64,000 bases of DNA from Sphyrna mokarran. Taxonomy: Eukaryota. Positions within the stretch are counted from its first letter, which is position 1. Every line of letters starts with the position of its first letter. Below the pieces are notes generated by a model. That model had not been told where the DNA came from and searched no databases. It saw only the letters and a program-made list of their open reading frames with translations. The position numbers were made by a program, and so were the translations under genes. Below, one piece after another: positions 12,540 through 26,311 of the stretch. The stretch is from assembly GCA_024679065.1 (NCBI GenBank), contig JAGIQG010000004.1, positions 28,210,001 to 28,274,000 of the forward strand, written 5' to 3'.

Positions 12540-14730
12540 GTCCTCCATATTGAACACCACTTGGAGGCTGTACTGAAGGTGACAAGGGCATAGTGTGTAT
12601 TCTGTCCATCAAGAGTGACTTGGTAGTACCATCACGCAGCTGCTGAGTTGTAAGGGACGTAGCTACTAGACTGAGACTGTGGAAAGTGATGAGGGCTTCA
12701 ACAAGAGGGAAGAACATATTTCATCCTCACTGGCCTGCCACAGCACAGCTTTGGTGAAGATGAATTTTTGCCTTCATGTTAAGGATACCTTTCATCATGA
12801 GTGGTACTACCATATTGTTAAATGGGATATCTTCAAACAGACCTAGTAGTCTAAATTTGACATCCATGAAGTGCTATGGGCTGTCAGCAGCAATGCAACT
12901 TAGTATAATCTATAACTTCATAGCTTGACATATTCCCCACACATCATTCCTACCAGGTCATGGGATGGACCCTGAGGAGGAGGACATGCCCAGAGCACTA
13001 CCTAAAAATGATGGATCAATCTGCCAAAATAGCAGTACTTGCATGCCAACAGCGTAAGCAGCAAGTAATAGACCTAAGTGATCCCACAACCAACTGGTCA
13101 GATATAAGCCCTGCAGTCCTGCCACATAAATGGTGGACAATTAACTCTCTGGAGAAGGCTCCTCAAATATCTCCAACCTCATGGTAGAGAAGCCCAGCAC
13201 ATCAGCTCAAAAGATGAGGCTGAAGCATTTGCAACAATCTTCAGCCAGATGTGCTGAATAGCTGATCCACCTAGGCCTCCTTTGGAAGTCCCCAGCATCC
13301 CCAGGAGAGCCCTGGCAATATTCCAGCAATAATACTGAAGACTTATGCTCCAGAAATTGCTGTGCCTCTAACTTGTTCCAGTACAACAACAAGTCGTATC
13401 TGGCAATGTGAAAAATTGCCCTGGTGTATCCTGCACAGAAAAGAAAACACAACAAGTTCAACATGGCCAATTCCCGTGCATCAGTCTATCCTCTGATCAA
13501 TGAAGTAATGGAGCAGTCATCAACAGTGATATCAAGTGGCAGTTACCTGCTCACAAATGCTGTTTGGTCTCTGTCAACATTGCTCAGCTCTTGATCTCAT
13601 TGCAGCCTTGGTTTAAACATGGACAAAAGAATCTGAGAGGAATGAGGATTGACTGTCCTTGACATCGAGAATTTGACAGTGTGGCATCAAGGACCCCTAG
13701 CGAAATGAGTCGATGGGAATCAGTAGGAAAACTTTCCACTGGTTGAAGTCATATCTGACAAAGGAACATGGTTGTGGTGATTGGAGGTCAATCATTTCAG
13801 CTGTAGGATATCACTGCAGGAGCTTCTTGGGGCTTGACCATCTCCAGCTCCTTCAATAGTAACTTCCTTCCATCATAATATCAGAAGGAGGGATGTTCAC
13901 TGATGACCGCACACACCGTTCAGTTTCATTCACAATGATTCCGATACTGAAGCAATTCTTGTTCAAATGCAGCAAAACTTGAACAATATCTAGTCTTGGG
14001 CTGACGAGGGGCAAGCAGCTTTTGCACCACATAAGCAGAGAATGGCCAACTCTGAGAGTAAGTAATCATCCCTTGTCATTCAATGGCATTATCATCACTG
14101 GATCCTCCCACAATCAACACCCTGAGTTTTACCATTGACCAAAAACTGGACTGGCCATACAAAATACTATGGCTACAAGAGCAGGTTTCAGACTAGGAAT
14201 CCTATGGCAGGTAACTCGCCTGCTGACTTCCCAAAGCTTGTCCACCATCTATAAATCATGGGTATAAAGGAATATTCTCCACTTGCCTGATTAGTGCAGC
14301 TCCAAAAGGCTCAACACCATCCAGGATAAAATATCCTTTCTGATTGCTCCTTCTTCCACAGTCAATCCCTCCACCACCAAATAATAGCAGTCATGTGCAC
14401 CATATGAAGATACATTGCAGGAATTCTCCAAGGTTATTTGGGCAATACCTTCCAACCCATGACCATTACCATCTGGAGACAAGAATAGCAGATACCTGAG
14501 AACACCACCACTTGAAGGTTTCCATCCAAGTAAGTCACCTTCTTGACTTGGAAATATATCACCTTTCCTGTCGCTGGGTCAAAATCCTGGAACTCTTTCC
14601 CTAACAGCACTGGGTGCACCTGCAGGTCGGACTGCAGCTGTTCAAAAGGGCAGCTCACCACCTTCTCAAAAGTAGTTAGGGATAGGCAATAAATCCTGGT
14701 CTAACCAGTACCACCCACATCCCATAAATG
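12540..14730 (+). mobile_element. Old degenerate non-LTR retrotransposon (CR1/L2 group), ORF2 plus 3' UTR
   Basis: Remnants of RT motifs: gtgtggcatcaagga (VWHQG) at 13681, gggatgttcactgatgac (MFADD-like) near 13890; many stops and frameshifts. Confidence 0.75.
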
Positions 14731-15225
14731 AATTTTTGGGATTACACAACATAGGTCAGCTGTCCCGTATTATGTAGTGATACTGTCGAAATGTTTGCAC
14801 ATCACATCTAAAAACATGAAAATAATTTTTGAACAGCTTTATCAATTGATATTAGAATTGCTAGCAGACCTGGTCCAAGACCTAAACAACGAATCAAAAT
14901 AATAAAATCTCTATACTGAACAGCAAGAACAACTCCAGGTTCCTCTTGACAAACCTATTGTGTATGACCCTGCTTTTGCTGCTCCTGATTTTCGTTTTCG
15001 CATATGAATTTCTTCAGCTGAAAGGGTCCTACCTCAGCTAACACTGTTCATATTTCTGGCCTGAATGTACTTGAATTTAGCTTTTGCATATACTTGAATT
15101 CACTGGCTATCAATTGGATTGTCATTTCCATCTTGTGCCTCTTTGATTCCCTCCAAATCCCTTGAGTACACAACTTTGTCTCCTTGCTCAATTCCTGTAT
15201 TGTCAATGATACTTTGATTTTGTTT

Positions 15226-15532
15226 TCATAGAATCCTTACAGTGCAAAAGGAGGCCATTTGGCCCATCAGGCCTGCACCAATAACAGTCCCACCCAGGCC
15301 CTAAGCCCAACACACGTATTTACCCTGCTAATCCTTTAACACTAAGCAGCAATTTATCATGACCAACCTAACCCGCATATCTTTGGACTGTTGCAAAAAA
15401 CCACAGCACGCGGAGGAAACCCATACAGACACGGAAAAAGTGCAACTTCGACACAGACAGTCACCCAAAGCCAAAATTGAACCTGGGTCCCTGGCACTGT
15501 GATGCAGCATTGCTAACCACTCTGGCCTGGTG
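15226..15532 (-). mobile_element. HE1/V-SINE-like element, tail type A
   Basis: catagaatcc..cagtgcaaaaggaggccatttggccc tail through gaacctgggtccctggcactgtga..gcagcattgctaaccac head. Confidence 0.85.
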
Positions 15533-15749
15533 CTGCCTTTCCTGCATGCCTCCTGCATCTCTTGTCCAAAACCTTACATCAGTTTTTCCTTTTGCTATCA
15601 GCTAATGGGAACAGCTTTTCTTCATCTACCTTACCTGAATAAAGACCATCAAACCTTCCTTCAAAGGAAGCAACCTCAATTTATCCAACCTAAATGGAAG
15701 GACACAGATCACAATACACCCGCAAATCTGAACACAGAAGAATGAAGGA

Positions 15750-15960
15750 CTGGGCTAAGTAAAAGAAGTCTCTCAATATCAGGTTAAAGTCCAATAGTTC
15801 TACTTGGTATCACGAGTTTCCAGAGTGCTGCTCCTTCATCAGGTGAAGAGACAGCTGGGCCCACAAACACGGCATATATAGGCAGAGACCCAACCGCGAG
15901 ACAACGGCTGGAATGCAAGTCCTAACAGGTAATCAAGTCTTTACAGGTACAGACAACTTA
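15750..15960 (-). mobile_element. Penelope-like element terminal-repeat fragment with degenerate hammerhead motif
   Basis: Minus strand 15810-15846 reads tcac-CTGATGA-aggagcagcactctg-GAAA-c-TC-gtga; flank aggttaaagtccaa shared with copies at 32425 and 35050. Confidence 0.65.
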
Positions 15961-15989
15961 ATTGTTTCATCTGCTCATCACTTCCTTCT

Positions 15990-18900
15990 AAGCCTTCAGA
16001 GCATCTTGTAGATGGTACACACTGCTGCCACTGTGGAGGGATTTATTTTTTTAAGATGGTGCATGGAGCACTAGTCAAGTAGGCCAATTTCTCCTGGATG
16101 TTGAACTTCTTGAATATTTGCTGGATAAATCAAATTCCATTTTATTCATTTGTACTTTGGTGGAGATTTTGGAAAGTTGCGACGTAAGTTACTCATCAAT
16201 AGCATACACAGGTTCTGACATCTATGTAACTGGCCTAACTAATTTTCTGGTCAATGGTGGCTTCCCAGGTGTTTGTGGAGTGAGGGATTTGGTTGGGGAG
16301 GGGGGGAGGGATTAATTATGATGATACTGTTGAATATCAAGGGAAAGTGGTTACATTGTTTCTCGGTCATAATAATCACTTGGAAGTTGTGTGATGTCCA
16401 TGTTTCTTGCCACTTATTAGCCCGTCCAAGTTGTCTAAGTTTGCAAATTATGTAATCATCTGTGAATGTCACTGCTTCTGACCTTATAATGGAAGACCCA
16501 CGATGGTTGAAAATCCTTTGGCTTTGTCTTTTGCGCAGATGTGTTGAACTACCCCATCATTGAGGCTGGGGGTAGCCATAGCATTTCCTCTTCTTATTAA
16601 CTGTTTAATTGTCCACCACCATTCATGATTGAATGCTGCAGAGCTTTGGTTCTGGAATGCAAAGAGTGAATTGAGGAGAGCTAAGAGAGGACACGAGAAG
16701 ACTTTGGCTGATAGGATTAAAGAGAATCCTAAAGCTTTCTTTAGATATGTTAAGAATAGAAGATTGGTTAGGGCAAGATTAGGGCCAGTCATAGACAGCA
16801 GTGGGAAGTTGTGCGTGGAGCCTGAAGAGATTGGAGAGACACTGAATAAATATTTCTCTTCGGTATTCACGCAGGGTGATGTAAATGTAGTTGTGGAGAA
16901 CACTGAGGTACAGGGTTGCAAACTGGAAAGTATTGAAGTAGATAGGGAGGATGTGCTAGATATTCTCGAGGGTTTGAAGTTGGATAAGTCCCCTGGGCCG
17001 GACGGGATTTACCCTAGGATTCTCTGGGAGGCAAGAGAGGAGATTGCAGAGCCTCTGGCTCTGATCTTCAGGTCGTCGTTGGTTACGGGTGTGGTTCCGG
17101 AGGACTGGAGGATAGCGAATGTGGTCCCGTTGTTCAAGAAGGGGAAGAGAGACCTTCCAGGGAATTATAGGCCAGTGAGTCTTACTTCTGTTGTGGGCAA
17201 AGTATTGGAGAGAATAATTAGGGATAGGATTTATAGTTATTTAGAGAGAAATGAATTGATTGGGGATAGTCAGCATGGTTTTGTGAAGGGTAGGTCGTGC
17301 CTTACTAACCTCATTGAGTTTTTTGAAAAAGTGACTAAAGAGGTGGATGGGGGTAAGGCGGTTGATGTGGTATATATGGACTTTAGTAAGGCGTTTGATA
17401 AGGTGGCCCATGGAAGACTTCTGCAGAAAATGCAGATGTATGGGATAGAGGGTGATTTAGCTAATTGGGTTAGGAATTGGCTAGCAGATAGAAGACAGAG
17501 GGTGGTGGTTGATGGGAGATATTCATCGTGGAGTTCGGTGACAAGTGGTGTACCTCAGGGGTCTGTTTTGGGGCCCCCGCTGTTTGTAATTTTTATAAAT
17601 GATCTGGATGAGGGTATTGAAGGATGGATTAGTAAATTTGCAGATGACACTAAAGTCGGTGGAGTGGTAGATAGTGAAGAGGGGTGTTATAGTTTGCAGA
17701 GGGACTTGGACAAGTTGCAGAGCTGGGCCGAGAGGTGGCAAATGGAGTTTAATGTGGAAAAGTGAGAGGTAATGCACTATGGCAGAAATAATAAATGTGT
17801 AGAGTATAGGGCTAATGGTAGGATTCTTAGTAGTCTTGATGAACAGAGGGATCTTGGTGTATATGTGCATAGATCCCTGAAAGTAGGCAGTCAAGTCGAG
17901 AAGGTTGTTAAGAAGGCATATGGAGTCTTAGCTTTTATTGGTAGGGGGATTGAATTTCGGAGCCGCAACGTCATGTTGCAACTGTACAAAACTCTAGTGC
18001 GGCCGCACTTGGAGTATTGTGTGCAGTTCTGGTCGCCACATTATAAGAAAGATGTGGAGGCATTGGAGAGGGTACAGAGGAGGTTTACCAGGATGTTGCC
18101 TGGTATGGAGGGCAGGTCTTATGAAGAGAGGCTGAGGGATTTGAGGTTGTTTTCGTTAGAAAGGAGGCGGCTAAGAGGGGACCTTATCGAAACATATAAG
18201 ATGATTAGAGGTTTAGATAGGGTGGACAGTGATAGCCTTTTTCCTAGGATGGAGAAAGCTAGCACGAGGGGACACAGCTTTAAATTAAGGGGTGATAGTT
18301 ATAGGACGGATATCAGAGGTAGGTTCTTTACCCAAAGGGTGGTTCGGGAGTGGAATGCCCTGCCTGCAGCAGTTGTAGATGCGCCAAGTTTGGTGGCGTT
18401 TAAGAGGTTAGTTGATAAGTATATGGAAGAGAAGGGAATGGTTTAGTTTGGAGGGGCATTGCTTTTTATATTGGTCGGCGCAACATCGAAGGCCAAAGGG
18501 CCTGTTCTGTGCTGTAATGTTCTATGTTCTATGTTTTAGCTTTGTCTATTGCATGCTGATTTGGTATTCATATAGTCCTGTGTTATAGCTTCACCAGATC
18601 GGTACCATATTTTTAGATGCATATTTAAGATGCTGTTCTTAGCATATGACTACAACCTCTCTGAACCTGGGTTGATTCTGTGGCTTGATGGTGGAGTGAG
18701 ATTACAGATTGTGGTTGAATACAGTTTTGCTGCTGGTGAGAACCTACAGTGCTTCACGATGCCCAGTTTTAAGCTGCAAGAAATTTATGAATCAATTCAA
18801 TTTAGCGTGCTGGTAATGCCACACCACTTCATCATGAAGGAAGAACTTCATCTCCACAAGGCCTGTGCAGTGGTAGCTCCCACCAGTGCTGTCATGGATA

Positions 18901-19200
18901 GATGCACCTGTGACAAGTAGATCGCTGAAACTAACATTTCCTCCCATGTTTGTTCCCTCACTGTGTTGCAGGCTCATTCTAGCAGCAATGTCCTTCAGAG
19001 TAGGTAATGAGCCATTGGAAGCCATATATCCAAATTTGCCAACAAAGTAGGTAGTATTGCAAGCAGTGTAAGAGAAACATAGTATTAATAAATTAATTGC
19101 AGCATTTGGAATGAAATAATTCAAGAAGGTGGCTCAGTACTTTCAGGGGCAATTAGGGATGGGAAACAAGTGCTGACATTATCAGTGACACTTGTATCCC
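15990..19200 (-). mobile_element. Old CR1/L2-group LINE fossil (same family as 12540-14730), interrupted by a young CR1
   Basis: Sequence on both sides of 16660-18534 is homologous to the reverse complement of the 12540-14730 family and reads continuously across the insertion. Confidence 0.6.
16660..18534 (+). mobile_element. Young 5'-truncated CR1 LINE (RT domain and C-terminus; one premature stop)
   Basis: ORFs 16629-17765 and 17772-18446 contain [46 protein letters not shown]; TGA at 17763-17765 replaces TGT of the sister copy; ends in (TTCTATG)n. Confidence 0.97.
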
Positions 19201-19329
19201 ATGGAAGAATAAAATGAATGGGGAAAACAATGGCAAATGAATTTTAAAAGGAAATGTTATCTATTTTGAACGTAAATGTGAGGGTTGAGTTTCATAGACC
19301 ATTAAAACACTATGGCCATATACTGAAAT

Positions 19330-21430
19330 TATTCAAAATGAATAGCAGGAACAGACTTCTCAGCAAAGTGTTTATGTCCCCCACCCAGAATACATTTTAT
19401 GTCTTCATTCTCTTGCATCTTCCAAGTGGTATTCAAAATGGAAGAAGTGGCAGTTTTTGGCATGAGAGGAGAAATGATCAATTCTGCCAAGTTCTGCTTT
19501 AAGTCTTCAAGCCTGTTGTCATGACCTATTTACAATTCACCTCTCCTGCTTTTTGGGTTTCCTTCAATCCAGTTTCTTTCTCAAGACAAAACCAAGATTT
19601 GCCTTGGGTCTAAGTCACCAAAGTCTTCTGGTGCTTAAAGCAAGTAACTGCTACGTTCTCCTCCAGCATCTCTCTATAGTACAGAATCATAAAGTCCCTA
19701 AGGGCAGAAGGAGGCCATTTTCTTGCACTGACAACAATCATACCCAGGTTCTATTCCCCTAACCCCACATATTTACATTGCTGGTCCCCCTGATACCAAG
19801 GGGAAATTTAGCATTGCCAACACACCTAACCCACACCATCTCTGGACTGTGGGAGGAAGCTAGAGCAGCCAGAGGAAACCCACACAGACATGGAGAGAAT
19901 GTGCAAACTCCACACAGTGACCCAAGGATAGAATTGAACCAGGCTTCCAGTGGATACATTAACCACTCAATGTATCTACAATGCTGCTGAGTTCTGACAA
20001 TGTTGGACCCATTTCTTCAGAAATACGAAACACCATCCAAAAACAGCTACATTTCACCTTTATCTCATGATGAAATTACTCAGTGCCGTTCACAACAAAT
20101 AGCATCTTCAATAGTGAAATAGAGAGATTGGGAACATGTAAATAATGGCAAATGGACATGAGCAGCTAGCAATCTGTGTTCACTATGTTGTTCCACACAC
20201 TAGTTCTGAAGAATAACATTTTCTGGGATTTAGGAAATTAAAGACTTTCAAGGCTGAGTCTATTCCAAAATCAGCATAATATGGCCTAGTTGCTAATGAG
20301 TTAAATGGTCAATGCACAGATCTATGATGGGACATTTGTAATACTTGGAGCCAGCTGGTGTTCAAGTAAACTTTCATAACATCACTCAAAAGTAATTTAC
20401 CTTTGTTGTTACTCTCGTAAAGCTAACCTCTGTCACACATGCAAGGCCATTAAAGAAACTACAGAGTTTTTAATATGCTGTAAAGCTCGTTCACCGTTTT
20501 CAGTGGATCATTCCTACATCACCAGAATTGTGATGTTCAAACTCAACTAGGGCTGAACATGAAGTGAGCTTCTACAGCTTTCAGACATTGTTTGGTGACT
20601 GCGCTCAGAAGAAATTTCACAGCAAGTATTTAGTGTCTTATTTATATTAAAACTGGCTTTTTATGTTCCATTCTCTTCTGAGCACAGCAAAAGGATTTCA
20701 AAAGCTGTTCCGAAAAGAAAACATTGACTTGGCGAAAGCAATGGATTGCAAAGAAGTAGTGCAAAACACTTGAGTTTTGGTTAGATTTATTATTGATTTA
20801 AAGAAGATGAGAGCCAAAGAAAAGGCCAATGACTTGCACAATAAAGCCAGACCCTGTGCGCAAACAACAACATTGACTTCCAACTGTGGAGGGAATAAAA
20901 ACACATGGGTGATTCTCTGATTTAATCAACGAGTGATCTAAAGAAAGATCCCACTGCACCAGATAATTTCAGGACAAAATTGTTTTCCCTTCTACAGACT
21001 GGATGGTTTCTGAACTTGAGAGCTTTTTCCATTGTCAAAGCAAAGCTTATGAAAGGGATTCCAGTGAGCAATCTGCTTTCGCAAGACTTTTTCTCAGCTG
21101 AGGACTGAAATGTGTTTGTAAAATGCTGTGAAATAGAATTATAACCAGAGGAAGTATCCATTCCATAAACTACATGGGTCCTAAAGGAGAGAGTGATGCA
21201 AAGCTTGACATGAAAGCTGTGTACAAGCTGTTGGACTCATTTGACAAAAAAGTGATACAAATTACACTCACCATTCCAGTGAGTAGCTGCAGTTGTGAAA
21301 GGCCAGTTTTAAGTTGTTTACACGCTTGCTGAGAAGCATAATAGAGCAAACAAAGCAACAGCGTCTTGAATAAAGTTCCCTGTAATCTGTATTGGACAAT
21401 GCACTCATTGATTACTTTGTTAACATGTAA
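19330..21430 (+). mobile_element. Fossil hAT transposase (Tip100/ZMYM1-like), heavily disrupted
   Basis: Manual translation gives, in order: NSYISPLSHDEI (about 20040), GHEQLAICVHYVV (20154), QIYDG (about 20320), CYSRKANL (about 20407), LLQLSDIVW (about 20570), ITLTIPVSSCSCER (21261-21302, hAT dimerisation motif). Confidence 0.8.
19680..19968 (-). mobile_element. HE1/V-SINE-like element, tail type A, inserted in the hAT fossil
   Basis: gcagaaggaggccatt tail, V-core and gagaatgtgcaaactccacacagtgaccc segment. Confidence 0.8.
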
Positions 21431-21699
21431 CACAAAAGATGCTCACTGATGCTTCCTCAACCCCAGAAGAATTAAAGGTAACCTATTTATATTTTTAAAA
21501 ATATGGTAACTGTAGGATAAAAATATTACACACAAAATACCTGCAGGATGCATGGAAAATTGGTGACATTTCTCTAATCCCATCTTTTATCAAACCCACT
21601 GAAAAGGCTTTAAAATAAAACATGTAAAATAATCACCATGTCTGCAATGTAATTGTCTCAAAAGGGTCAATGGCATATAGTTTTGTCGCAAAGATTTTG

Positions 21700-23120
21700 C
21701 ACAATGTCTTCTGCATCAGGTTGTAGTTTTTTAAGTTGATCAGGACAGGTGTAGTTCCAGTTTCAGAAGATGTTTGTTTTTTGGGGGTTGTTCTAGTCCA
21801 GAGCAGGAACTATAGATAACTTTCAGATGGATATTTCCTGTTGGTACTGGTGTGAGTTTGATGGAGGGATGGGGACCTGAGCACTGAATCAATTTGGTTA
21901 GTAGCGATACCCATGCGTGTGTCTGAAGATTTTGCATGTATGAAGCTGAAACTGGAGCTACGCTTTGAAAAGATTGAGGTGATTTGACACACATTCAAAA
22001 TGACAAAATTCAGCGCCAATGTTTGGAGTGTGGGTGGCCCATGCTCAGAACTCTAAGGAAGGATCATTCATCAATATTGGCTCCATTCTCTCTCTACAGA
22101 TGCTGTCAGACCTGCTGAGATTTTCTGGCATTTTTTATTTCACATTCCAGCACCTGCAGCATTTTGTTATTGTATTAAAATCATGAAGGGTGTGTTTGGA
22201 GAGAAATTGGTGGATTGAATATCAGTGGGCACTGCTTTAAGGTAATGGGCAAAAGAGGTTTCAATGACTTCTTGACACTGCAAGTGGTTAGTACTTGGAA
22301 TATGGTGAGAGTTTGGTGAAGGCACACTTAATTGTGGCTTTCAAAAGAGGAATACACAATTATCAGAAGAAAACAGTTCAGGGTGACGAGGGAAAGGACC
22401 AGGTGAGTTGCTTTTAGAGAACCAGCATGGCATGATGGACCAAATGGCCGACTCCCGTTTGGCATCATTCTCTGATTCTCTAGGTGGTGATTACCAAGTG
22501 TCTCGGTTGTTGCTTGATGATGCGACCTGTAATTTGATTTATCTTTGACCACAGGAATGTTTTTGGCACAGAGTATGCTGGCGTTCACCAGGACTTTCCA
22601 ACTCCATGCTTTTCTAAAAGTGCTAACATTGGCTAAAAGAATGTGGTCGTCCCCACCCTGGCATTGAAATCACAGAAGTATTTGATCTTTGACTGTAATC
22701 ATGCAACTATCAGAATTGTGCCTAGGCTGAAATAAAAGATTTCTTCCACTTTGTTCTCTGAGTCCAAAGTAGGTACATAAATACTGCTGAGGGTGATAGT
22801 TTGATTGCATTTAAACTTACTTTTGAGTGTCATAAGGCAATTATTGATTCAAACACAAGGTTGATTGAGTCTTTTCATGAGTGTTTTTTTGATGGTAAAG
22901 CTAACTCTGAAATCTGCACTCTTGAATTCCTTTTCCATAAAATAATATAACTGTTCCCCCCTTGTCTGCTCTACAGTTCTTACTAAAGGAACTGTGTCAA
23001 TGCCTAGGTGCCAGAGCGCATGGTCAGCTATCACTGTTCATCTCCGTAATTGTTCGGAGTTATTTATTAACAGCCTGATATTCCAAGATTGTATCTAGAA
23101 TGTTTTTGAGAGTTTCAGCT
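21700..23120 (-). mobile_element. RTE-clade LINE fossil (AP endonuclease region plus possible RT C-terminal remnant), interrupted by other repeats
   Basis: Minus-strand remnants WNIRLLINNS (about 23055-23085), TITLSSIYVPTLDSENKVEEIFY (about 22732-22800), CDFNARVG (about 22650-22675). Confidence 0.65.
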
Positions 23121-23751
23121 ACTGATTGGTGATTCAACGCGATGCAGCTTTGCAGCTGAGTTTGAAGTGAGGCAAGCTGTTTCAAAGACACATTCTTCTC
23201 CCCTCCCCCTAGTGAGATGAGCAGAACTGACCCTGAAGAGGCTGTTTGGACACAGCTTTTAAACACCAAACCATCCGACCACCTTGGTTAATTGTGTAAA
23301 TTGTGACTAGAAATCAGGATGCTGTTCCAGCCTCAAAGGGCTTGATGAAATTTGCTATCAGTTGGAGGGTCTGTGAGTGGTGTCCTTAGCATGAGGCCTG
23401 TTGCATAGCCAGTCCTGCCATGTCTTAGGACTATATCTGCTTACGGTGAATCTTTATAATTGAGGGCAAAACCTCATTGCGACATTTATTTAACAACCAC
23501 CAACCAATCCAACGCTGAAAGATTTCGTTGCAGTGGACTGGTCGAATGGTAACACCTGCTCTTCACAGGGTGCTGTAAATTAAATTCATCGGGGTTTTCA
23601 ATAATAACAATCAGAGCTCTAACAAAGGGTCATCCAGACTCTCATTGTTGGCTCTGTTCTCTCTCCACAGATGCTGTCACACTTGAGATTTTCCACCATT
23701 TTCTATTTTTGAACTAAACAGGTTGCTTTGTCCTGGATAATCGCTACATTC

Positions 23752-23958
23752 CAGTGCTTGTATATTGAGGGAGAATTTAGCGTGGCCAATTCACCTAACC
23801 AGCACAACTTTCAGACTGAGGGAGGAAACTGGAGCACCTGGAGGAAACCCATGCAGACACAGGGAGAACATGCAGACTCCATACAGAAGTGACCAAAGCT
23901 GGAAATTGAACCTGGGTCTCTGGCACTATGAGGCAGCAGTGCTAACTACTGTGCCACT
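23752..23958 (-). mobile_element. HE1/V-SINE-like element
   Basis: gagggagaatttagc..ggccaat..cacctaacc through gaggcagcagtgctaactactgtgcc. Confidence 0.8.
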
Positions 23959-25341
23959 CTTGCAGTTCAGAGCTTTATATCTTGTAGGTCACTGACATGT
24001 TTTGTCTCCCAAAGCCTAGGTGTCAGGCTACAGAAAACCCAGTTTCTGTCCTGCCCATTGTCAAAATATTCAAGCTAAGTTTCTGGTCAGTGATAGTGCC
24101 CAAGATTTTGATGGTGATTTAAAGACGATAATGACATCAAATGTCGTGAGTGGTTGGATTGTGTTTGCTGAGGAAGGTCATTGCCTGACTCTCTTGCAGC
24201 ACAAGTGAAAATCAATTAGCGTGTGTCACAGAAACATTGAAGAATTCTTTCGTAGGTGCAAAACTATTTCCTCACCTAGTTTTGAGTGATAGCAAATAAG
24301 ATGGAAAGAAGCTCAAACTGGATCAACATTGGTCATTGTTTTAAAGCACTGAAAGGACTCTGAAGAGATGCTTAAAGCTCTTCCTATTTTGCTTTTGTGA
24401 CTATTGAAGCATTTTGCACATAGTAAGAAACTGAAATGTTTGAAAGAGAAAGGTATTACAACACTCCTGTAATTAAGAATTTTAAATTTTTAAAATTTTA
24501 AGTTGGTGACCGTTGACAAGTACACTTAATGGAGTGGAAATTTGTATGGGCCCATTTTCAGACAAGCAATAAGCAATCCAACTGTGCTCAGGTTCCTATG
24601 TGAATAGGGTGGTAATGTGGCTCTGATGAAGTCATTCTCTCTCAACATTGGTTCTATTCTCTCTCCACAGATGCTGTCAGATTTGCTGAGATTTTCCAGC
24701 ATTTTCATTTTTGTATCTAATAACCTTTATTCTTCTTGGATATTCATTTGACCTTTTCTTTAATTCTCCATTTTCCATCAAAGGAAGCAGATTTTTTCTT
24801 TTATCCAGAGTAAAGCCTGCAATTGCAATTGAGGCAGAGTTCTCTCATCATTTGCACAGATGCTGGATGAGGCAAGAAAACCTGTGTGCAGTTTGTAGAG
24901 TGCACAGACAGCCTTTCCTGCCACAATCCTATGTGGCCCATGCTGTCACGCTGGCAAGGCAAAACCTAATAGAGTCAGCAGACAAGGGGAACCCTCCCCA
25001 ACGCCCACAACTGCCAAAGCTGCCACCGCCACCCCGCCCCCTTCATACAAAATGCAAACATCCCCCACAATCCTCTAACTTGTTTGGTTTACACAGGCAG
25101 CATCCAATCCTTTTGAGAAACTGGTTGTTATGTTTCCTTTTGAAATTGCCCAAATTGTCTCACCATGAACAGTAATGAAATTGACATTTCCATTGTGATT
25201 GCTGATGTTTCAACTTTTCCAGCATACAAACATTACCGCCAGTACTTAACCTTCAGAAGTCACAAATCATGTACCCTTTTGTTTCCAAATTAGCTTGGAC
25301 AGCAGTTTGTTAGTTATCCAGATTACTATTAAAAGCCAAAT

Positions 25342-25555
25342 CAAATAGCAAAATTGAAAAACATTAGATTTAAGAGATACTCATTTCTGTGCCATTAATA
25401 AATTTTACTCTTTTGTTTAATGTATGACTCATTGAGATTTGTTAAAGTGATCAATAGAAATATTTAGTTTTAGCAGTGATATCGTTTGGTTAATCAGTTC
25501 TTTGGTGAAATGTAATGTTCCCACTCAGCAAACAAGTGCAGAAGCAATTCACCTT
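25342..25555 (+). repeat. Direct repeat copy 1 (214 bp)
   Basis: Matches 26312-26525 with two visible substitutions. Confidence 0.92.
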
Positions 25556-26311
25556 TGAACTACCCATTTAATTGAACTGAGTTTATCATTTACAAATGAG
25601 ATGGCAATTCCTAACAGGTATGCTAATCTAATTTCTGTAGCAATAGACAAGCCAGTAAAGGCAAACTGATTTATCTAATTTTAAATGTGTCCACTTCAGA
25701 GTTCTGGAGTGTTGCTTTGTTGGGTAGTCTAGTATGTTAAAGCAGTTGTTTTTTAGCTTCCTCTAGGACCCGTTTGAATCTGAATTCACATCACAGGGTG
25801 AAAGTTTGCTATAAGGTCCAAAAGGAAGTCTGTTTGGGCAATATTAGTACAGTGCCTTCAGAGCTCGAGGACAGAGTACAACAGTAATTAACATGTGTCT
25901 TAATGGTGTAGAATTTGAAAGTTTTTCACATTCTATGAAGGATGTTATTAGCTTTGGGTTAAGATATTGCCAGGGTTGAGAGCTTTTCTTCTGTATCTGA
26001 CCTCTGAGTACTTGCTGATACAGTGTCAAAGCAGCATCATCTTGATTAAATTCTTTGCATTTATCAGACTGTCCTCCAGTTCTCCCAGAGCACTACTTAG
26101 CCAATGGGGTTTTAAATGCAACTGAAATTTTGTTGCATAACTAAAGATGGCCATCAATTTGCACACTATCATCCCACTGAAAGGAAATAAATACAAGATT
26201 AAATATTTTGCTCTAAAATGGGCTACTATGACTCAGGTTTCTACATATGAAGTCTCGTGTAATGAACTTTTGACAATAGGTAAGGCAGCATTTTTATTTA
26301 TTAATAAATCA

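Noticed and set aside
22849-23269. Minus-strand ORFs with heptad-like text, first suspected as an endogenous viral envelope fragment
   Set aside because: Alternative frames show RTE AP-endonuclease motifs (WNIR, IYVPTL, DFNARVG); better explained as a LINE fossil.
24711-25175. 154-aa plus-strand ORF with proline run
   Set aside because: Non-ATG start, no domain similarity, no clear splice context.
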